A stretch of 64,000 nucleotides of DNA from Candidatus Bathyarchaeota archaeon (GCA_963733055.1 CAVTBR010000001.1:1312001-1376000), one strand, 5' to 3'. Numbered from the stretch's first letter, positions 20,586-30,769 are shown. Numbers and translations are program-made. The notes: a model not told the origin generated them from the sequence alone.

Positions 20586-20740
20586 TGGTGCGGGGAAGGG
20601 GATTCGAACCCCTGAAAGCTTACGTGCCCTGTGCGGGCTCTACGCTACAGGATCCCTTATCCAAGTCAACTCTTCGATCTTAAGTTTAACACCGCGATTT
20701 TCGCGGTCCTGCCCCTTTGACCTGGCTCGGGTATCCCCGC
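20586..20740 (-). tRNA. tRNA-Leu(TAA) with three introns (30/31, 37/38, variable arm)
   Basis: Removing 20686-20707 (22 nt), 20654-20678 (25 nt) and 20620-20639 (20 nt) gives an 88-nt cloverleaf with encoded CCA; each junction forms a BHB-type motif. Confidence 0.9.
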
Positions 20741-20832
20741 ACAAGGACGAGACAAAGATGGTTCAATTGATTAAGCTTCTTCCAGAAGTCGGCCCTTAAT
20801 CCTTTTAGTTTGGCCGCAGCCACGTTTCTATC

Positions 20833-20966
20833 GGGCCCGTAGCTCAGGTTGGATAGAGCGGCAGAACGGTTGCCGAACCCCCTAAGGAACACCGGAAAAA
20901 GCTGTAGAACCCAGTGAGTGGAACTGGGTGCAGAGGTCCGGGGTTCAAATCCCCGCGGGCCCGCCA
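20833..20966 (+). tRNA. tRNA-Arg(CCT) with three introns (30/31, 37/38, 45/46); C at position 33
   Basis: Introns 20865-20877 (13 nt), 20885-20899 (15 nt), 20908-20935 (28 nt); mature 78 nt with A20 Arg determinant and CCA. Confidence 0.85.
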
Positions 20967-20982
20967 AAAATTCTGGGTAAAT

Positions 20983-21759
20983 CTAGTAATGAATTCTGAT
21001 TGGTTTCTCGAGTACGAAGGGTTGTGGGCGCCCGAACTTTGAGGATCTGTTTGGGGGAAGATGAGATTTGCTTTCTAACCTGGTAATTGGGTTTCCGGCG
21101 TTGTCTACGTACGCGTACTGGTTTTGTAAATGGTCTAGGACGCGGGCTTCGAGTCTGTGGCCGGCCATGTCTTCTGTTGCGCTGTATTCGATGATGACGT
21201 CGGCGAACCGTTTGAGTACGGCTGTTTTCTTTGAGTCATGCATGTCTTCTGTGGCCAGGAGGAAGGCGGTTTGTTCGTTTGTCCTAATTCTGGTGAAGAG
21301 GCGGCATAAGAATGAATAGAGGCCTGCTGGGGCTGTGGAGACCGATAGCACGTTATCGAGAAAGTCACCTATTATCAATGGGACGCGGCCGTTTCGAGTC
21401 TTGGAAAGCCGTTCGAGGTTTAGGCTGAGGTCTGTTAGGTGGTTTGGTTGGACGATCGTAACGCGTTGGCCGTTTGCAGGGTTGAAGTTGTCGGTGAATG
21501 TAGCCCACAGAATTCTTGACGCTGGTGGGAGTTGGAGGGAAAGTGGGGTCGTTGGTCCGAGGGCCAGGAGTGGATTGTTAAGTTTGAGATCGCTTGAGAC
21601 GCATAATGCGTCTTTGAGTATGTTTACCGCGCCGACGTCTCCTTTGACGACGGCGATGATGATTCGGTAGTCGAGCAATGGTCGGGGGAGCTGCATGAGA
21701 ATTGGTGTTGCCGACGAGGTTTCGATATCTTCGCTGTTTGGTGGTGCTTTGAAGGACAT
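20983..21759 (-). CDS. Hypothetical protein with degenerate RecA/KaiC-like (DUF835-like) fold
   Basis: IIGDFLDNVL...FLLATEDMHD...LKRFADVIIEY resembles the C-terminal RAD55/KaiC core; no Walker A. Confidence 0.5.
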   Translation of the reverse strand: MSFKAPPNSEDIETSSATPILMQLPRPLLDYRIIIAVVKGDVGAVNILKDALCVSSDLKLNNPLLALGPTTPLSLQLPPASRILWATFTDNFNPANGQRVTIVQPNHLTDLSLNLERLSKTRNGRVPLIIGDFLDNVLSVSTAPAGLYSFLCRLFTRIRTNEQTAFLLATEDMHDSKKTAVLKRFADVIIEYSATEDMAGHRLEARVLDHLQNQYAYVDNAGNPITRLESKSHLPPNRSSKFGRPQPFVLEKPIRIHY

Positions 21760-22284
21760 GTCGGGCGCCGAAACGCCAGTGTACCATAATCAGTATATTA
21801 ATGTTTCAAGACGTTTTGACCGACAACCTAACTCAGATGGACGCGCATAGTTCATGGATGATTATCTTGGCAACGATACGCAAACGCATCAAGTACTTTG
21901 CCGGTTTAGTCTGCACTTTCGGAGGAGTATATCTCGGGAAAGCCTACTGTGCATCATACTGGCCCACTAAACCTAGCATGTGACACGATCGTTCGAGGAG
22001 GCCTCCTCGTTGTCATCGGGCTGCTACTAATTCATTTCAGCAAATGACCACTCGCACATGAACTCTTCAATCGCTCGCGCCGTTGCATTAACGGGTCTGC
22101 ATCAAAAAATGGTCAGAGGTTGAGTAAGGGTCCATACATATTGTAGTGTACTGCGTCCATGGGCACGTGGTATTCTTACTTTAATTTTTGAGAAATTATT
22201 CCTTTAGTTTTCACTCGCGCTTGTCACTGCGGTAGGATATTCTTTATTTCCTAGACTCCTTAGCGGCCTCGAAGGTTTGAAAAT

Positions 22285-23055
22285 TTGCGAAAGATCTTTG
22301 CCGCACTCCTCATGGTCCTGGTAACTATACCGATAGCAAGCAGCCCAGTGTTCGCGTCGAATCCCCCGATGGTTGCGCCGCCTCTACACGCATCGTCACA
22401 AAAGTCCGCAGTAATTCTCTCGTCCTTAGACGCGGTCGCCCCATTGGGACAATATGACCACATGATAACCTACTACCTACAGCACGCCGGGTACCAAGTT
22501 ACGACCCTAAGAAACACGCAAGTCACAGTAGATTTCTTGCTGACTCAACTCAACAACTACAACATCGTGATCTGGAGAACGAACACCTACACCTGGAAAC
22601 ACATCGAATACTGGTACGTCGGAGAGCTGGCTAGTTCAGGAGTCGAAACGAAATACCAAAACGACTTCGCTCTAGGATATATGAACGGCAACGCGGGCAT
22701 AGTTGGGATAAGCCTCAACTTCTTCGCCAACCACTTCACCACCTCAGGCATGCTCTCCAACGTGAAGCTGATGATGGTGATCTCATCTGACTCGGAGTCG
22801 TTCGCTGGCTACCTCATGACTGCAGGCGCTTCAACCGTCGTCTTCTGCAACGGACCGATCTCTCTCGTATTCGGCCAGATGGACGACCTGACGAACCAAG
22901 TCATGGCCAGCTTGTCAATGGGAAAGACGATATACACCGCTGTCTACGGAGTCGTATCACCTTTCATTCAGAACACGAACAACGAAGACCCACTCGACGC
23001 AAGCTATACGCCGCCTTTCTGGTATCAGGGCGACGGCACACTAACAATAACATAA
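22285..23055 (+). CDS. Secreted hypothetical protein
   Basis: Signal peptide MRKIFAALLMVLVTIPIASSPVFA; followed by hairpin and T-tract. Confidence 0.7.
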   Translation: MRKIFAALLMVLVTIPIASSPVFASNPPMVAPPLHASSQKSAVILSSLDAVAPLGQYDHMITYYLQHAGYQVTTLRNTQVTVDFLLTQLNNYNIVIWRTNTYTWKHIEYWYVGELASSGVETKYQNDFALGYMNGNAGIVGISLNFFANHFTTSGMLSNVKLMMVISSDSESFAGYLMTAGASTVVFCNGPISLVFGQMDDLTNQVMASLSMGKTIYTAVYGVVSPFIQNTNNEDPLDASYTPPFWYQGDGTLTIT

Positions 23056-23067
23056 ACACCCCCTCAC

Positions 23068-23099
23068 CCGGGGACAGTTCCGGGATCACACCTTTTTTT
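23068..23099 (+). terminator. Hairpin plus oligo-T terminator
   Basis: CCCGG...CCGGG stem followed by a T7 tract just after the stop. Confidence 0.55.
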
Positions 23100-23156
23100 G
23101 TATTAGGCAATTGGTAAATAGCTTATCAAACAAATTAAGCGCTAATTGAATTTAAT

Positions 23157-24333
23157 TTGTGCGCCTTCAAAGAATCCGTCGTCATCCATAAGGGACTGGA
23201 CAACGTCTACGTGAAAGAGAGTAGAATCTGTTTCATTGACGGCGAGATGAGTAAACTATTCTACAGAGGCTACAGCATAGAAGACCTCGCAGACCATTCC
23301 ACATTCGAAGAAACCGCATATCTTCTAATCTTTGGCTGGCTACCCACGAGTACCCAACTTCAGAAATTCAAAGATCAGCTCGAATCCTACCGACCCCTCG
23401 ATCCAGACGCCTTGCAACTCCTCCGCAGTTTTCCCGCCCACAGCGACCCAATGGACGTACTACGCACCGCAGGTCTCCGCGTTAGGACTCTATGATCCAC
23501 AACCAATGTCCGATGACATTGAAGTTAGACGAGACAAAGGACTAAAGATCCTAGCCAAAGTTCCAACAATTATCACCGCATTCGACCGCCTCCGGAACGA
23601 TAAGGAACCAGTCCCCCCGAAACCAGGGTTAGGCCACGCGGCTGATTTTCTCTACATGCTAACCGGGAAAGAACCCGATTTGTCTGATGCTCACGCAATG
23701 GACGTCGCCCTGATCTTACATGCCGAACACGAGATGAATGCCTCCACTTTCGCCTGCACCGTAACCGCATCCACCCTAGCCGACATGTATTCCATCCTAA
23801 CCTCTGGAATCGGAACATTACGAGGCCCGTTGCACGGCGGCGCGAATGAGGTTGCATTACGGGCTGTTCTGGAAGTTGGAGACGCAAGCCGGGCTGAGAG
23901 TTACGTGGTTGAAGCGTTGGCGCAGAAGAAGAAGATTATGGGGTTCGGTCATAGAGTATACAAGAGCTGGGATCCCCGATACTTGATCATTAAGAAACTC
24001 GGCGGAGAGCTTGCCGTCAAGAAGGGGCAATCCAAGCTATTCGACACGGCGGTCGCGATTGAGATGAGCGCGCGAAAGCATTTGGAGGGAACTACGATTT
24101 TTCCGAATGTCGACTCCTACTCAGGCGTCCTATTCCATATTCTCGGCATTCAGACAGATCTATTCACTCCGATCTTCGCAATGAGTAGAATTGCAGGATG
24201 GATAGCCCATTCAATCGAATACCTGCAGGCAAACCGCTTGATTAGGCCAAAAGCCCTGTACGTCGGAAAGATCGGGGTCCCGTACCTACCATTAGGGTCG
24301 AGAAGCGGCAGGGCAGAGGAGGAGAAGGAGTAG
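23157..24333 (+). pseudogene. gltA: Citrate synthase, frameshifted (one extra G near 23472) or assembly error
   Basis: Frame 1: KGLDNV...LFYRGYSIEDLA...PMDVLRTA; frame 2 continues VSALGLYDP...HAEHEMNAST, GPLHGGAN, GFGHRVYK, PNVD. Confidence 0.9.
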
Positions 24334-24339
24334 GCAAGA

Positions 24340-24759
24340 ATGAGAGTGAGCCACATAGTAACCCGACCGTTGATCACGATCACCACAGGCAGCACAGTAT
24401 TGGACGCGGCAAAACTAATGGTTGAAAAAAACATTGGCCTATTAGTAATAGTTGAGGGCACGAAGCTAGTCGGCGTAATCTCTGAGAGGGACATCATCAG
24501 GACGATCTCTTCGGGTCAACCCCTCAGCGTACCAGTCGACGGGGTGTGCACGAAGCAAGTCGTCACGGTGCAAGGGAACTCCGATGTTGCGGAAGCCGCG
24601 AAGGCCATGAACAAGAACCGGATCAGACATGTTGTCGTGGTCGACGATAAAGGACAACTCATGGGAGTTGTTTCGATGAGAGATCTTGTGGGAGAACGTG
24701 GTACCCTCACCGCGATCCTCCAATCCGATGAGAAAGAGGTTTTTCACGGGGGAGACTAA
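24340..24759 (+). CDS. CBS domain pair protein
   Basis: GVISERDI and GVVSMRDL CBS motifs. Confidence 0.9.
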   Translation: MRVSHIVTRPLITITTGSTVLDAAKLMVEKNIGLLVIVEGTKLVGVISERDIIRTISSGQPLSVPVDGVCTKQVVTVQGNSDVAEAAKAMNKNRIRHVVVVDDKGQLMGVVSMRDLVGERGTLTAILQSDEKEVFHGGD

Positions 24760-26069
24760 TTCATTTCCCGAAGTTTCTGAACAAGCCCGTCGAGACGCAC
24801 TTCGGTTTCTGTCCTCGTCGCCATCTCTTTCACCTTGACCACTCTGGACTGAATCTCTTGTGGCCCCAAGACTATCAGGTATGGAATCTTAGCCGCGTTC
24901 GCGTATTCCAGCTGCTTACTCAGAGATCTTCCCATTAGATCAAATTCCGCTGCGATTCCGCCATCGCGAAGACTCTCCGCAACCCGAACTGATTCCAGCC
25001 GTGATTCTTCCTTTACCGTTGCTACAAACACCTTTGAACCGAGCGGCATCTTGGGATAAAGGTTAGCCCGCTCGAGGGATATCATTAGGCGTTCGATTCC
25101 TCCTGCGATGCCGGTGGCGGGTATGTCGCGTTTGCCGTAGATCCTGCAAAGCTTGTCATACCTTCCTCCTCCGAAGATTGATCCCACATCTTCGCCCCCC
25201 TTGTCAAAGCCTTCGAACACGATCCCATCATAGTACCCGATGCCACGTACGATGCTCATGTCATACACGCAACGATCCAATCGTCCGTATGCAGCGAGTC
25301 CGTCTGAAAGTGTTTCCAACTCTTCTAACCCCTTCTTCGCCTCGGGTTCTGTGAATTTGAAACCGGAAAGCTTGGTGAGGGCGGCCTTGGGGGATCCGTT
25401 GATTGAGATGTAATCGAAAATCTTCCCTACAATGTTTTCCTCAATCTCGAGGGCCATGAAATCTTTGATCAATCGTTCGCGGTTTTCCTTCCGCATTTTG
25501 TCTATGATCCTCAAACATTGTTCAAGTTTCTCGCCGGAACGGATTCCAAGTTGCTTCAGATATGCTTCGGCGAGTTTTCGGTTGCTTATTCGGATGAGGA
25601 AGTCTTTCAATCCGGCGTTAACTAGAATGTCGGCACCGACACAGATCACTTCGGCATCCGCGAGTGGGCTCTCGGAGCCGAAAATTTCTACGTCCCATTG
25701 AGTGAAGTATCGGTATCTTGCAAATTGTGGTTCGTCGTAGCGCCAGTTTCCTCCGATTGTGGCGAATTTAATCGGCGCAGGCAGGTCGGAACGGTTCGCG
25801 ATCATACGGGCGAGGCCAACCGTCAGATCGAACCTTAAGCCGAGGCTTCGATCGGCCTTGTCCTTGAACCAGTAGATTTCGTCACGTATTCCCGTGCCGC
25901 TCTTGGCTTCAAGTGTCTTTAAGTTCTCAATCGTTGTGGGCTCTACCATCCGGAACCCGTACCGAGAGACGACCTCACGAATCCTATCGTACAACCATAA
26001 TCTGCGAGCCATCTCTTCAGCTTCTATGTCCCGCATTCCTCGAGGCAAAGTGAAGGCGTCTGAGGACAA
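24756..26069 (-). CDS. hisS: Histidine--tRNA ligase
   Basis: PRGMRD, LRFDLTVGLAR, WRYDEPQFARYRYFTQ, RGIGYYDGIVFE, GGGRYD, GIERL. Confidence 0.95.
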   Translation of the reverse strand: MSSDAFTLPRGMRDIEAEEMARRLWLYDRIREVVSRYGFRMVEPTTIENLKTLEAKSGTGIRDEIYWFKDKADRSLGLRFDLTVGLARMIANRSDLPAPIKFATIGGNWRYDEPQFARYRYFTQWDVEIFGSESPLADAEVICVGADILVNAGLKDFLIRISNRKLAEAYLKQLGIRSGEKLEQCLRIIDKMRKENRERLIKDFMALEIEENIVGKIFDYISINGSPKAALTKLSGFKFTEPEAKKGLEELETLSDGLAAYGRLDRCVYDMSIVRGIGYYDGIVFEGFDKGGEDVGSIFGGGRYDKLCRIYGKRDIPATGIAGGIERLMISLERANLYPKMPLGSKVFVATVKEESRLESVRVAESLRDGGIAAEFDLMGRSLSKQLEYANAAKIPYLIVLGPQEIQSRVVKVKEMATRTETEVRLDGLVQKLREMN

Positions 26070-26186
26070 CTCGTTTCACATCTGCGTGACTTCTGTGGAA
26101 CCCATCCTATAACGTAGTAAGTCGAAGCGCATCCGAGATTGTGCAAGGCTTATAGTGAAGTATAGGTTATCCAACCTCGAATCTTC

Positions 26187-26708
26187 ATGCCCGTCAAAAG
26201 CCGAGATCTTTGGACCGCAGTACTGGCAGGCACCGTTGTTACCGGCGTACTCACCGCCATTCTGGAAGCAGCGACCCTAACACCGCCCTATTCAGACGCG
26301 GTCGGGGCTTTCGTCGGGGGTGCAGTAGCAGCATTGGTACTGTACGGAAAGGTTGGGCAAGCTACGGCGGCTGGCGCGCTGTCGGGCGCTCTCGGAACGC
26401 CATTCTACCTTGGAGTTTCAGAAATCCTATTCATCTTCGGCGTAATCCCGACACCCTCAGGTCCGTCGCCACCTATGTCGGAATTGCAGGTGGCTGTCGT
26501 CATAATACTGGGAATAAACGTGGTTACAGGAACGATTGGTGGAAGTCTGTTGGGAGCAATTCGCCATCCACCCGCTGAAGCGGTCATGCCACCTGCGCAG
26601 GTGACCCCAGGGACCGTGTCTCAGGTTAGGTACTGTGTTCAGTGCGGTGCCGCACTACCAACCGGCGCGGTCGTTTGCCCGCAATGTAACGCACGGCAGC
26701 CTCAGTAG
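26187..26708 (+). CDS. Membrane protein with C-terminal zinc ribbon
   Basis: About 4 TM helices; YCVQCG...CPQC. Confidence 0.75.
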   Translation: MPVKSRDLWTAVLAGTVVTGVLTAILEAATLTPPYSDAVGAFVGGAVAALVLYGKVGQATAAGALSGALGTPFYLGVSEILFIFGVIPTPSGPSPPMSELQVAVVIILGINVVTGTIGGSLLGAIRHPPAEAVMPPAQVTPGTVSQVRYCVQCGAALPTGAVVCPQCNARQPQ

Positions 26709-26728
26709 TCGGCAGAGTCTGGGGCTCT

Positions 26729-27295
26729 CTAAACTTTGAGTGAACTTAGCGTATAGTATACGATATCTGTTCGCCGGTCCACAACGGCAAGTATCAGTTC
26801 TTTCTTTTCCTTATCTGAGTACTTGAGAAGTTTTCCCAGTTTCTTCAAGCTAGCTTCTCCTCCTTCGTAGACGATGGAGATTAGTCGCCTCAAGGGGCCC
26901 TTTCCGTAAATGTCGAAGTCGAAGGCCTTCGTTGATTCGCGCACAATGTATCCTCTATCCCGAAGGTCCCTGTAAACCAGATACTTTATCCAAATTTCCG
27001 GTTTCCCAACTGAGAACTTGCGGACCAAGTCTCGCAGTTCTAGTTCGTGCTCGCTGCGTTTGTCGAAGATGCGTATCTTCTGCTTCTCTAGGAGGTAGAA
27101 GGACTCGTACGCGGTAAACAGGAGTTTGTCTCCTCTAAGATCTCCGAATCCTCGATCCCTGAGCTCCATTAGTTCAGGTTTGTATGGTATGTAGACGCGC
27201 TTTGCGTCCGCCATTGTGTTCCATGGAGTGAACTGAGGTTTTTCTTCGGCCTGCGCTGGGGGGGTGATTGCGGGTTGGTTGGCGGTGTTCTCCAA
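26729..27295 (-). CDS. endA: tRNA-intron endonuclease subunit, probably structural (non-catalytic) type
   Basis: YESFYLLEK, KYLVYRDLRDRGYIV, LILAVVDRRTDIVYY; no His after DFDIY..GP. Confidence 0.85.
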   Translation of the reverse strand: MENTANQPAITPPAQAEEKPQFTPWNTMADAKRVYIPYKPELMELRDRGFGDLRGDKLLFTAYESFYLLEKQKIRIFDKRSEHELELRDLVRKFSVGKPEIWIKYLVYRDLRDRGYIVRESTKAFDFDIYGKGPLRRLISIVYEGGEASLKKLGKLLKYSDKEKKELILAVVDRRTDIVYYTLSSLKV

Positions 27296-27427
27296 GTTTT
27301 TGCACTTGGTGACCCGCAGGCGTGTCGTTCAATTAATGCTTTTGCGCCGAGTTGACATGCCGCGAGCTTGTGAGGAAAGCTAATTCTAGATGCGTGGCGG
27401 TGTTGTGACTGATTCGCTTTGCGCCCT

Positions 27428-28462
27428 ATGTCGGAAGTTAGGACGGTTGAGTGGGTTAGTGGCCACGTTAGAATGATTGATCAAACTAAGTTACCCTACA
27501 AATTCGTCTATGTTCACCTGAAGAACTACCGCGAGGTAGCCAAGGCCATCCGAGACATGACCGTTCGTGGAGCACCCGCTATTGGTGTAGCCGCCGGCAT
27601 GGGGATGGCACTGGCGGCAAACGCAAACCGGACCAAGACCAGGGAACGACTCATGGCAGAACTTGGCACGGCCGCCGAGACGCTCAAGCAGAGTCGCCCG
27701 ACCGCTCGAAATCTCTTCTGGGCCGTTGAACGGGTTCTTCGGTGCGCTGAAACAACTGTGGGCGACGCTAGCAAAGTGGCAGCAGATGTCGTGAAGGAAG
27801 CCCGGGAAATGGCTGACGAAGATGTTCAATCGAGTCTGAAGATGGGCGAATACGGATCACGTTTGATAGACGGTGGTGATCAGATTCTCACACATTGCAA
27901 TACCGGTACACTCGCCACGGTGAACTACGGGACGGCCTTAGCGCCGATTCGATCCGCCTTTCGGCAAGGAAAGAAGGTGAAGGTGATCGCGACTGAAACC
28001 CGGCCTCGCTTGCAGGGAGCGAAACTAACAACTTACGAGCTACTAAGCGACAAAATTCCAGTGACACTCATTGTGGACGGAGCAGTTGGTTATGTTATGA
28101 GGCAAGGCATGGTCCAGAAGGCGATAGTTGGAGCTGACCGGATTACAAGAAAATTCGTAGCCAACAAGGTGGGAACCTACCTAATCGCGCTAGCCGCTCA
28201 AGCGAATCACGTTCCATTCTACGTCGCTGCCCCGAGCTCCACGTTTGACCTAAAGGGCGAAGGGTCAGAGGTGAAGATCGAAGAGCGAAGTGCGGAGGAG
28301 ATTACGCATATTCTGGGAAAACGAATTGCGCCAGTCGGTGTGCCGGTCTACAACCCTGCGTTCGATCTAACACCCGTGGAATTAGTACGGGGGTTCATAA
28401 CGGAGAAAGGAGTGATAGCCCCAGATAGGCTTGGGGCTGACGCTTCTTTGCTACAGGCCTAA
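27428..28462 (+). CDS. mtnA: S-methyl-5-thioribose-1-phosphate isomerase
   Basis: VRGAPAIG, RPTARNL, LTHCNTG.LAT, ETRPRLQGAKLT, GADRI, NKVGTY, NPAFDLTP. Confidence 0.92.
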   Translation: MSEVRTVEWVSGHVRMIDQTKLPYKFVYVHLKNYREVAKAIRDMTVRGAPAIGVAAGMGMALAANANRTKTRERLMAELGTAAETLKQSRPTARNLFWAVERVLRCAETTVGDASKVAADVVKEAREMADEDVQSSLKMGEYGSRLIDGGDQILTHCNTGTLATVNYGTALAPIRSAFRQGKKVKVIATETRPRLQGAKLTTYELLSDKIPVTLIVDGAVGYVMRQGMVQKAIVGADRITRKFVANKVGTYLIALAAQANHVPFYVAAPSSTFDLKGEGSEVKIEERSAEEITHILGKRIAPVGVPVYNPAFDLTPVELVRGFITEKGVIAPDRLGADASLLQA

Positions 28463-28470
28463 GAAGTCGC

Positions 28471-29220
28471 TTAGGCTTCTTGCAGAGGTTTCTTGCCTAC
28501 TTGCAATACGATTTCTACTGGGCAGTGGGTGACCGATTCGATTCGGCTCTTCCACTCCGATCCCATGCTTATCAAGGCGTACATACCCGTAACTTCGCCC
28601 TTCGCTTTCTGAACAATTCTGGTCAAGGCGATTTGTGTCTCGCCGCTGTCGATGACGTCGTCAACGATGAGCACGCAATCTCCTTTCCTCAATGCATCCC
28701 TTGGCACATAGAGGCTAACCATCATGGCAGTTTTGGCTGGGATGTAGATTTCCTCAATAAACTCTCGCACTCCGACCTCTCTGCTCTTCTTTGCGATGAT
28801 TAGGCCAACGCCTAGTCTGTGCGCGAGCAGAGCGGCAAGTGGAATGCCATCGACTGCTGCGGCTAGGATTTTCGTGATGCGCATGCCGGCGAACGCGTTT
28901 ACTGCATGTTGAACGGCGCGTTCGAGAAGAAGCGTATCGGAGATCAGTTTGGTGTTGTCGAAGTATCCCGCTTCGTCAAAGCGTATCCGCTGCTGAATCT
29001 CGCCCTCAAGGCGCATTATTTTCTGGAGGGTTCGGTTGATGTTCTGTGCTCGGTCGATAGTTGGTAGAACGTGACCTTTGACGTACCTGCTGAGCACTGT
29101 CTCAGGGAGGCCGATGATCTGGGCCAATTCCCTATAAGTGTAATAATTCTTGGCTAGGTTTAGGAGCTCTATCGTCATCAGTTTGTACTTTAGGTCGGAT
29201 ATACGGGAACCTGCTCTCAA
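28471..29220 (-). CDS. HTH plus phosphoribosyltransferase domain protein (PurR-like / archaeal APRT-like)
   Basis: N-terminal HTH YRELAQIIGLPETVLSRYVKG; PRPP motif VLIVDDVIDSGET. Confidence 0.85.
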   Translation of the reverse strand: MRAGSRISDLKYKLMTIELLNLAKNYYTYRELAQIIGLPETVLSRYVKGHVLPTIDRAQNINRTLQKIMRLEGEIQQRIRFDEAGYFDNTKLISDTLLLERAVQHAVNAFAGMRITKILAAAVDGIPLAALLAHRLGVGLIIAKKSREVGVREFIEEIYIPAKTAMMVSLYVPRDALRKGDCVLIVDDVIDSGETQIALTRIVQKAKGEVTGMYALISMGSEWKSRIESVTHCPVEIVLQVGKKPLQEA

Positions 29221-29323
29221 GACATTGCCTTCTCTAATTGGTTTGACACGTTAGGATATGCACATGCCCATGGGTCAGCGGTAATAACAGTTTCGACACG
29301 AATTGACAGAAAGAGTAGAGTGG

Positions 29324-29758
29324 CTATTGACCGGTATTTACAACTCCTTGGCTATCTTGGTACTTGCCCGCGTAGGGACGTTGCGTCTTGGTGCCAAGGT
29401 GGTGCAAGACGAGCTGCAAGAACCTATCATTCTTCGCCATTCTGAATTGTGTCGCGGATGCGTTGAAGAGGGAAACCGTTAGTTGACCGCGAAATCCCGG
29501 ATCCACTAACGCCAAACTGGCGAAGATCCCCGACCGGGCAAGTGTTGATCGAATATGCAACGTCCCTGCCAGGCTCTCCCCCATCTCGATTTTTTCCAGC
29601 GTAGCCACGAGGCGGTGTTCGCGTGGCTGAATTGCCAATTCTCTATCTAAACGGAGATCATACCCCGCGCCGTTTAGGCAAGACTGTTCGAACGGTTCGA
29701 TAACGAGCGAGCCGTCCTGGAGGCATTTCTCAATCTCTACGTCGGACAACACCGTCAA
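29324..29758 (-). CDS. dcd: dCTP deaminase / trimeric dUTPase family protein
   Basis: GYDLRL, RSTLARSG, VDPGFRGQLT, YAGKYQ. Confidence 0.8.
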   Translation of the reverse strand: MTVLSDVEIEKCLQDGSLVIEPFEQSCLNGAGYDLRLDRELAIQPREHRLVATLEKIEMGESLAGTLHIRSTLARSGIFASLALVDPGFRGQLTVSLFNASATQFRMAKNDRFLQLVLHHLGTKTQRPYAGKYQDSQGVVNTGQ

Positions 29759-30121
29759 AGGGTTACACGGAGACTTGCAGAACTCTTCCCTAGTTAAGAC
29801 CTCTTGAACCGATGCCTAGAGAAAGGGGTCTTGCCTAGATTGTCCAAGGCATTGGCCGAGCTTACCAGCTCTGCTGTGCTGCCAGCCCCCCGCAGAATAT
29901 GTACCTATTCCAGTCGGATCATGGCCATATCCCGAGCGCCCGAACTCGAAAAAGCCCAAGCCGTCTCAAAATACAACGAGCATTGTCACGTCAGAAGGGA
30001 GTCGAACAATTGAGTTTCCTTCAGGTTCGCACATATCCAAACCCCGCGGCGCCATATCGACTTATCACCCTGGTTCCGGTAATTGCGAAGACGCGTGCTC
30101 ACGCTTCAGAAGGCTTCCATT

Positions 30122-30544
30122 ATGTTGAAAGTTGTTCGATTCAAGAAGACTGTTGCGGATAGCATTCTTAGCTATTCCATACACGCGTACCCGAAAGAGG
30201 GGATTCTGCTCTTGCGCGGGAAAGTTATGAAGGATGAAGTTCTGATAACGGAAGTGTTGATCCCTCCCCTCGCCACGCATGGTCACGGTTTTTCCGGCTT
30301 CTCGGGCTTCATGCTTCCGATGGACCTGAGTGTGATTGGCGTCTCGCACTCTCATCCCTCGGGAATTCTGAGGCCTTCAATTCGCGACTTGAACCACTTT
30401 TACGGGAAGATCATGGTGATCGTAGCTCATCCGTTTCAATCTTACAATGACATCGGTGTCTTCAACAGCAACGGCGACAGGCTTCCACATGAGGTTCTCC
30501 CCGATTCTCAGGATTCTGGAACAGAAGTGGCTAATCGATGGTAG
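30122..30544 (+). CDS. JAMM/MPN+ metalloprotease
   Basis: YPKE...HSHPSG..RPS..DL JAMM motif. Confidence 0.9.
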   Translation: MLKVVRFKKTVADSILSYSIHAYPKEGILLLRGKVMKDEVLITEVLIPPLATHGHGFSGFSGFMLPMDLSVIGVSHSHPSGILRPSIRDLNHFYGKIMVIVAHPFQSYNDIGVFNSNGDRLPHEVLPDSQDSGTEVANRW

Positions 30545-30654
30545 CTCGTAACCCTCAGAATTTTCTTTTCTTTGTACAACCCAGTTCAGCCGTAAGCTTG
30601 CCCTTTCTCGAGGCGAGGGGTACATTTTAGAAGGTAGCCCTCTAAGGAAAAGAT

Positions 30655-30769
30655 GGGCCCGTAGTCGAGCTAGGATTAAGACACAGAGACACAGCGAAGT
30701 CGTGCAAGCCTTCGGAGTTTCGACAGAGAAAGCCTGGGATCCGGGGTTCGAATCCCCGCGGGCCCGCCA
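30655..30769 (+). tRNA. tRNA-Arg(TCG) with two introns (29/30, 37/38)
   Basis: Introns 30687-30707 (21 nt) and 30716-30730 (15 nt); mature 79 nt with CAGGC-CT-TCG-GA-GCCTG anticodon arm, A20 and CCA. Confidence 0.88.

Larger units (their letters stand above)
18332..20605. mobile_element. Integrase-less mini-island integrated at tRNA-Leu(TAA) carrying two GT2 glycosyltransferases
   Basis: Flanking tRNA 3'-end direct repeat, internal inverted repeats, visibly AT-richer cargo than the flanks, no recombinase ORF. Confidence 0.75.

Noticed and set aside
20686-20967. ORF-track ORFs over tRNAs (20686-20967, 38755-39000, 38760-38957, 40884-41084)
   Set aside because: Shadow ORFs of tRNA genes.
29804-30162. 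Short ORFs or a possible ncRNA between dcd and JAMM
   Set aside because: No recognisable protein motif or RNA family signature.
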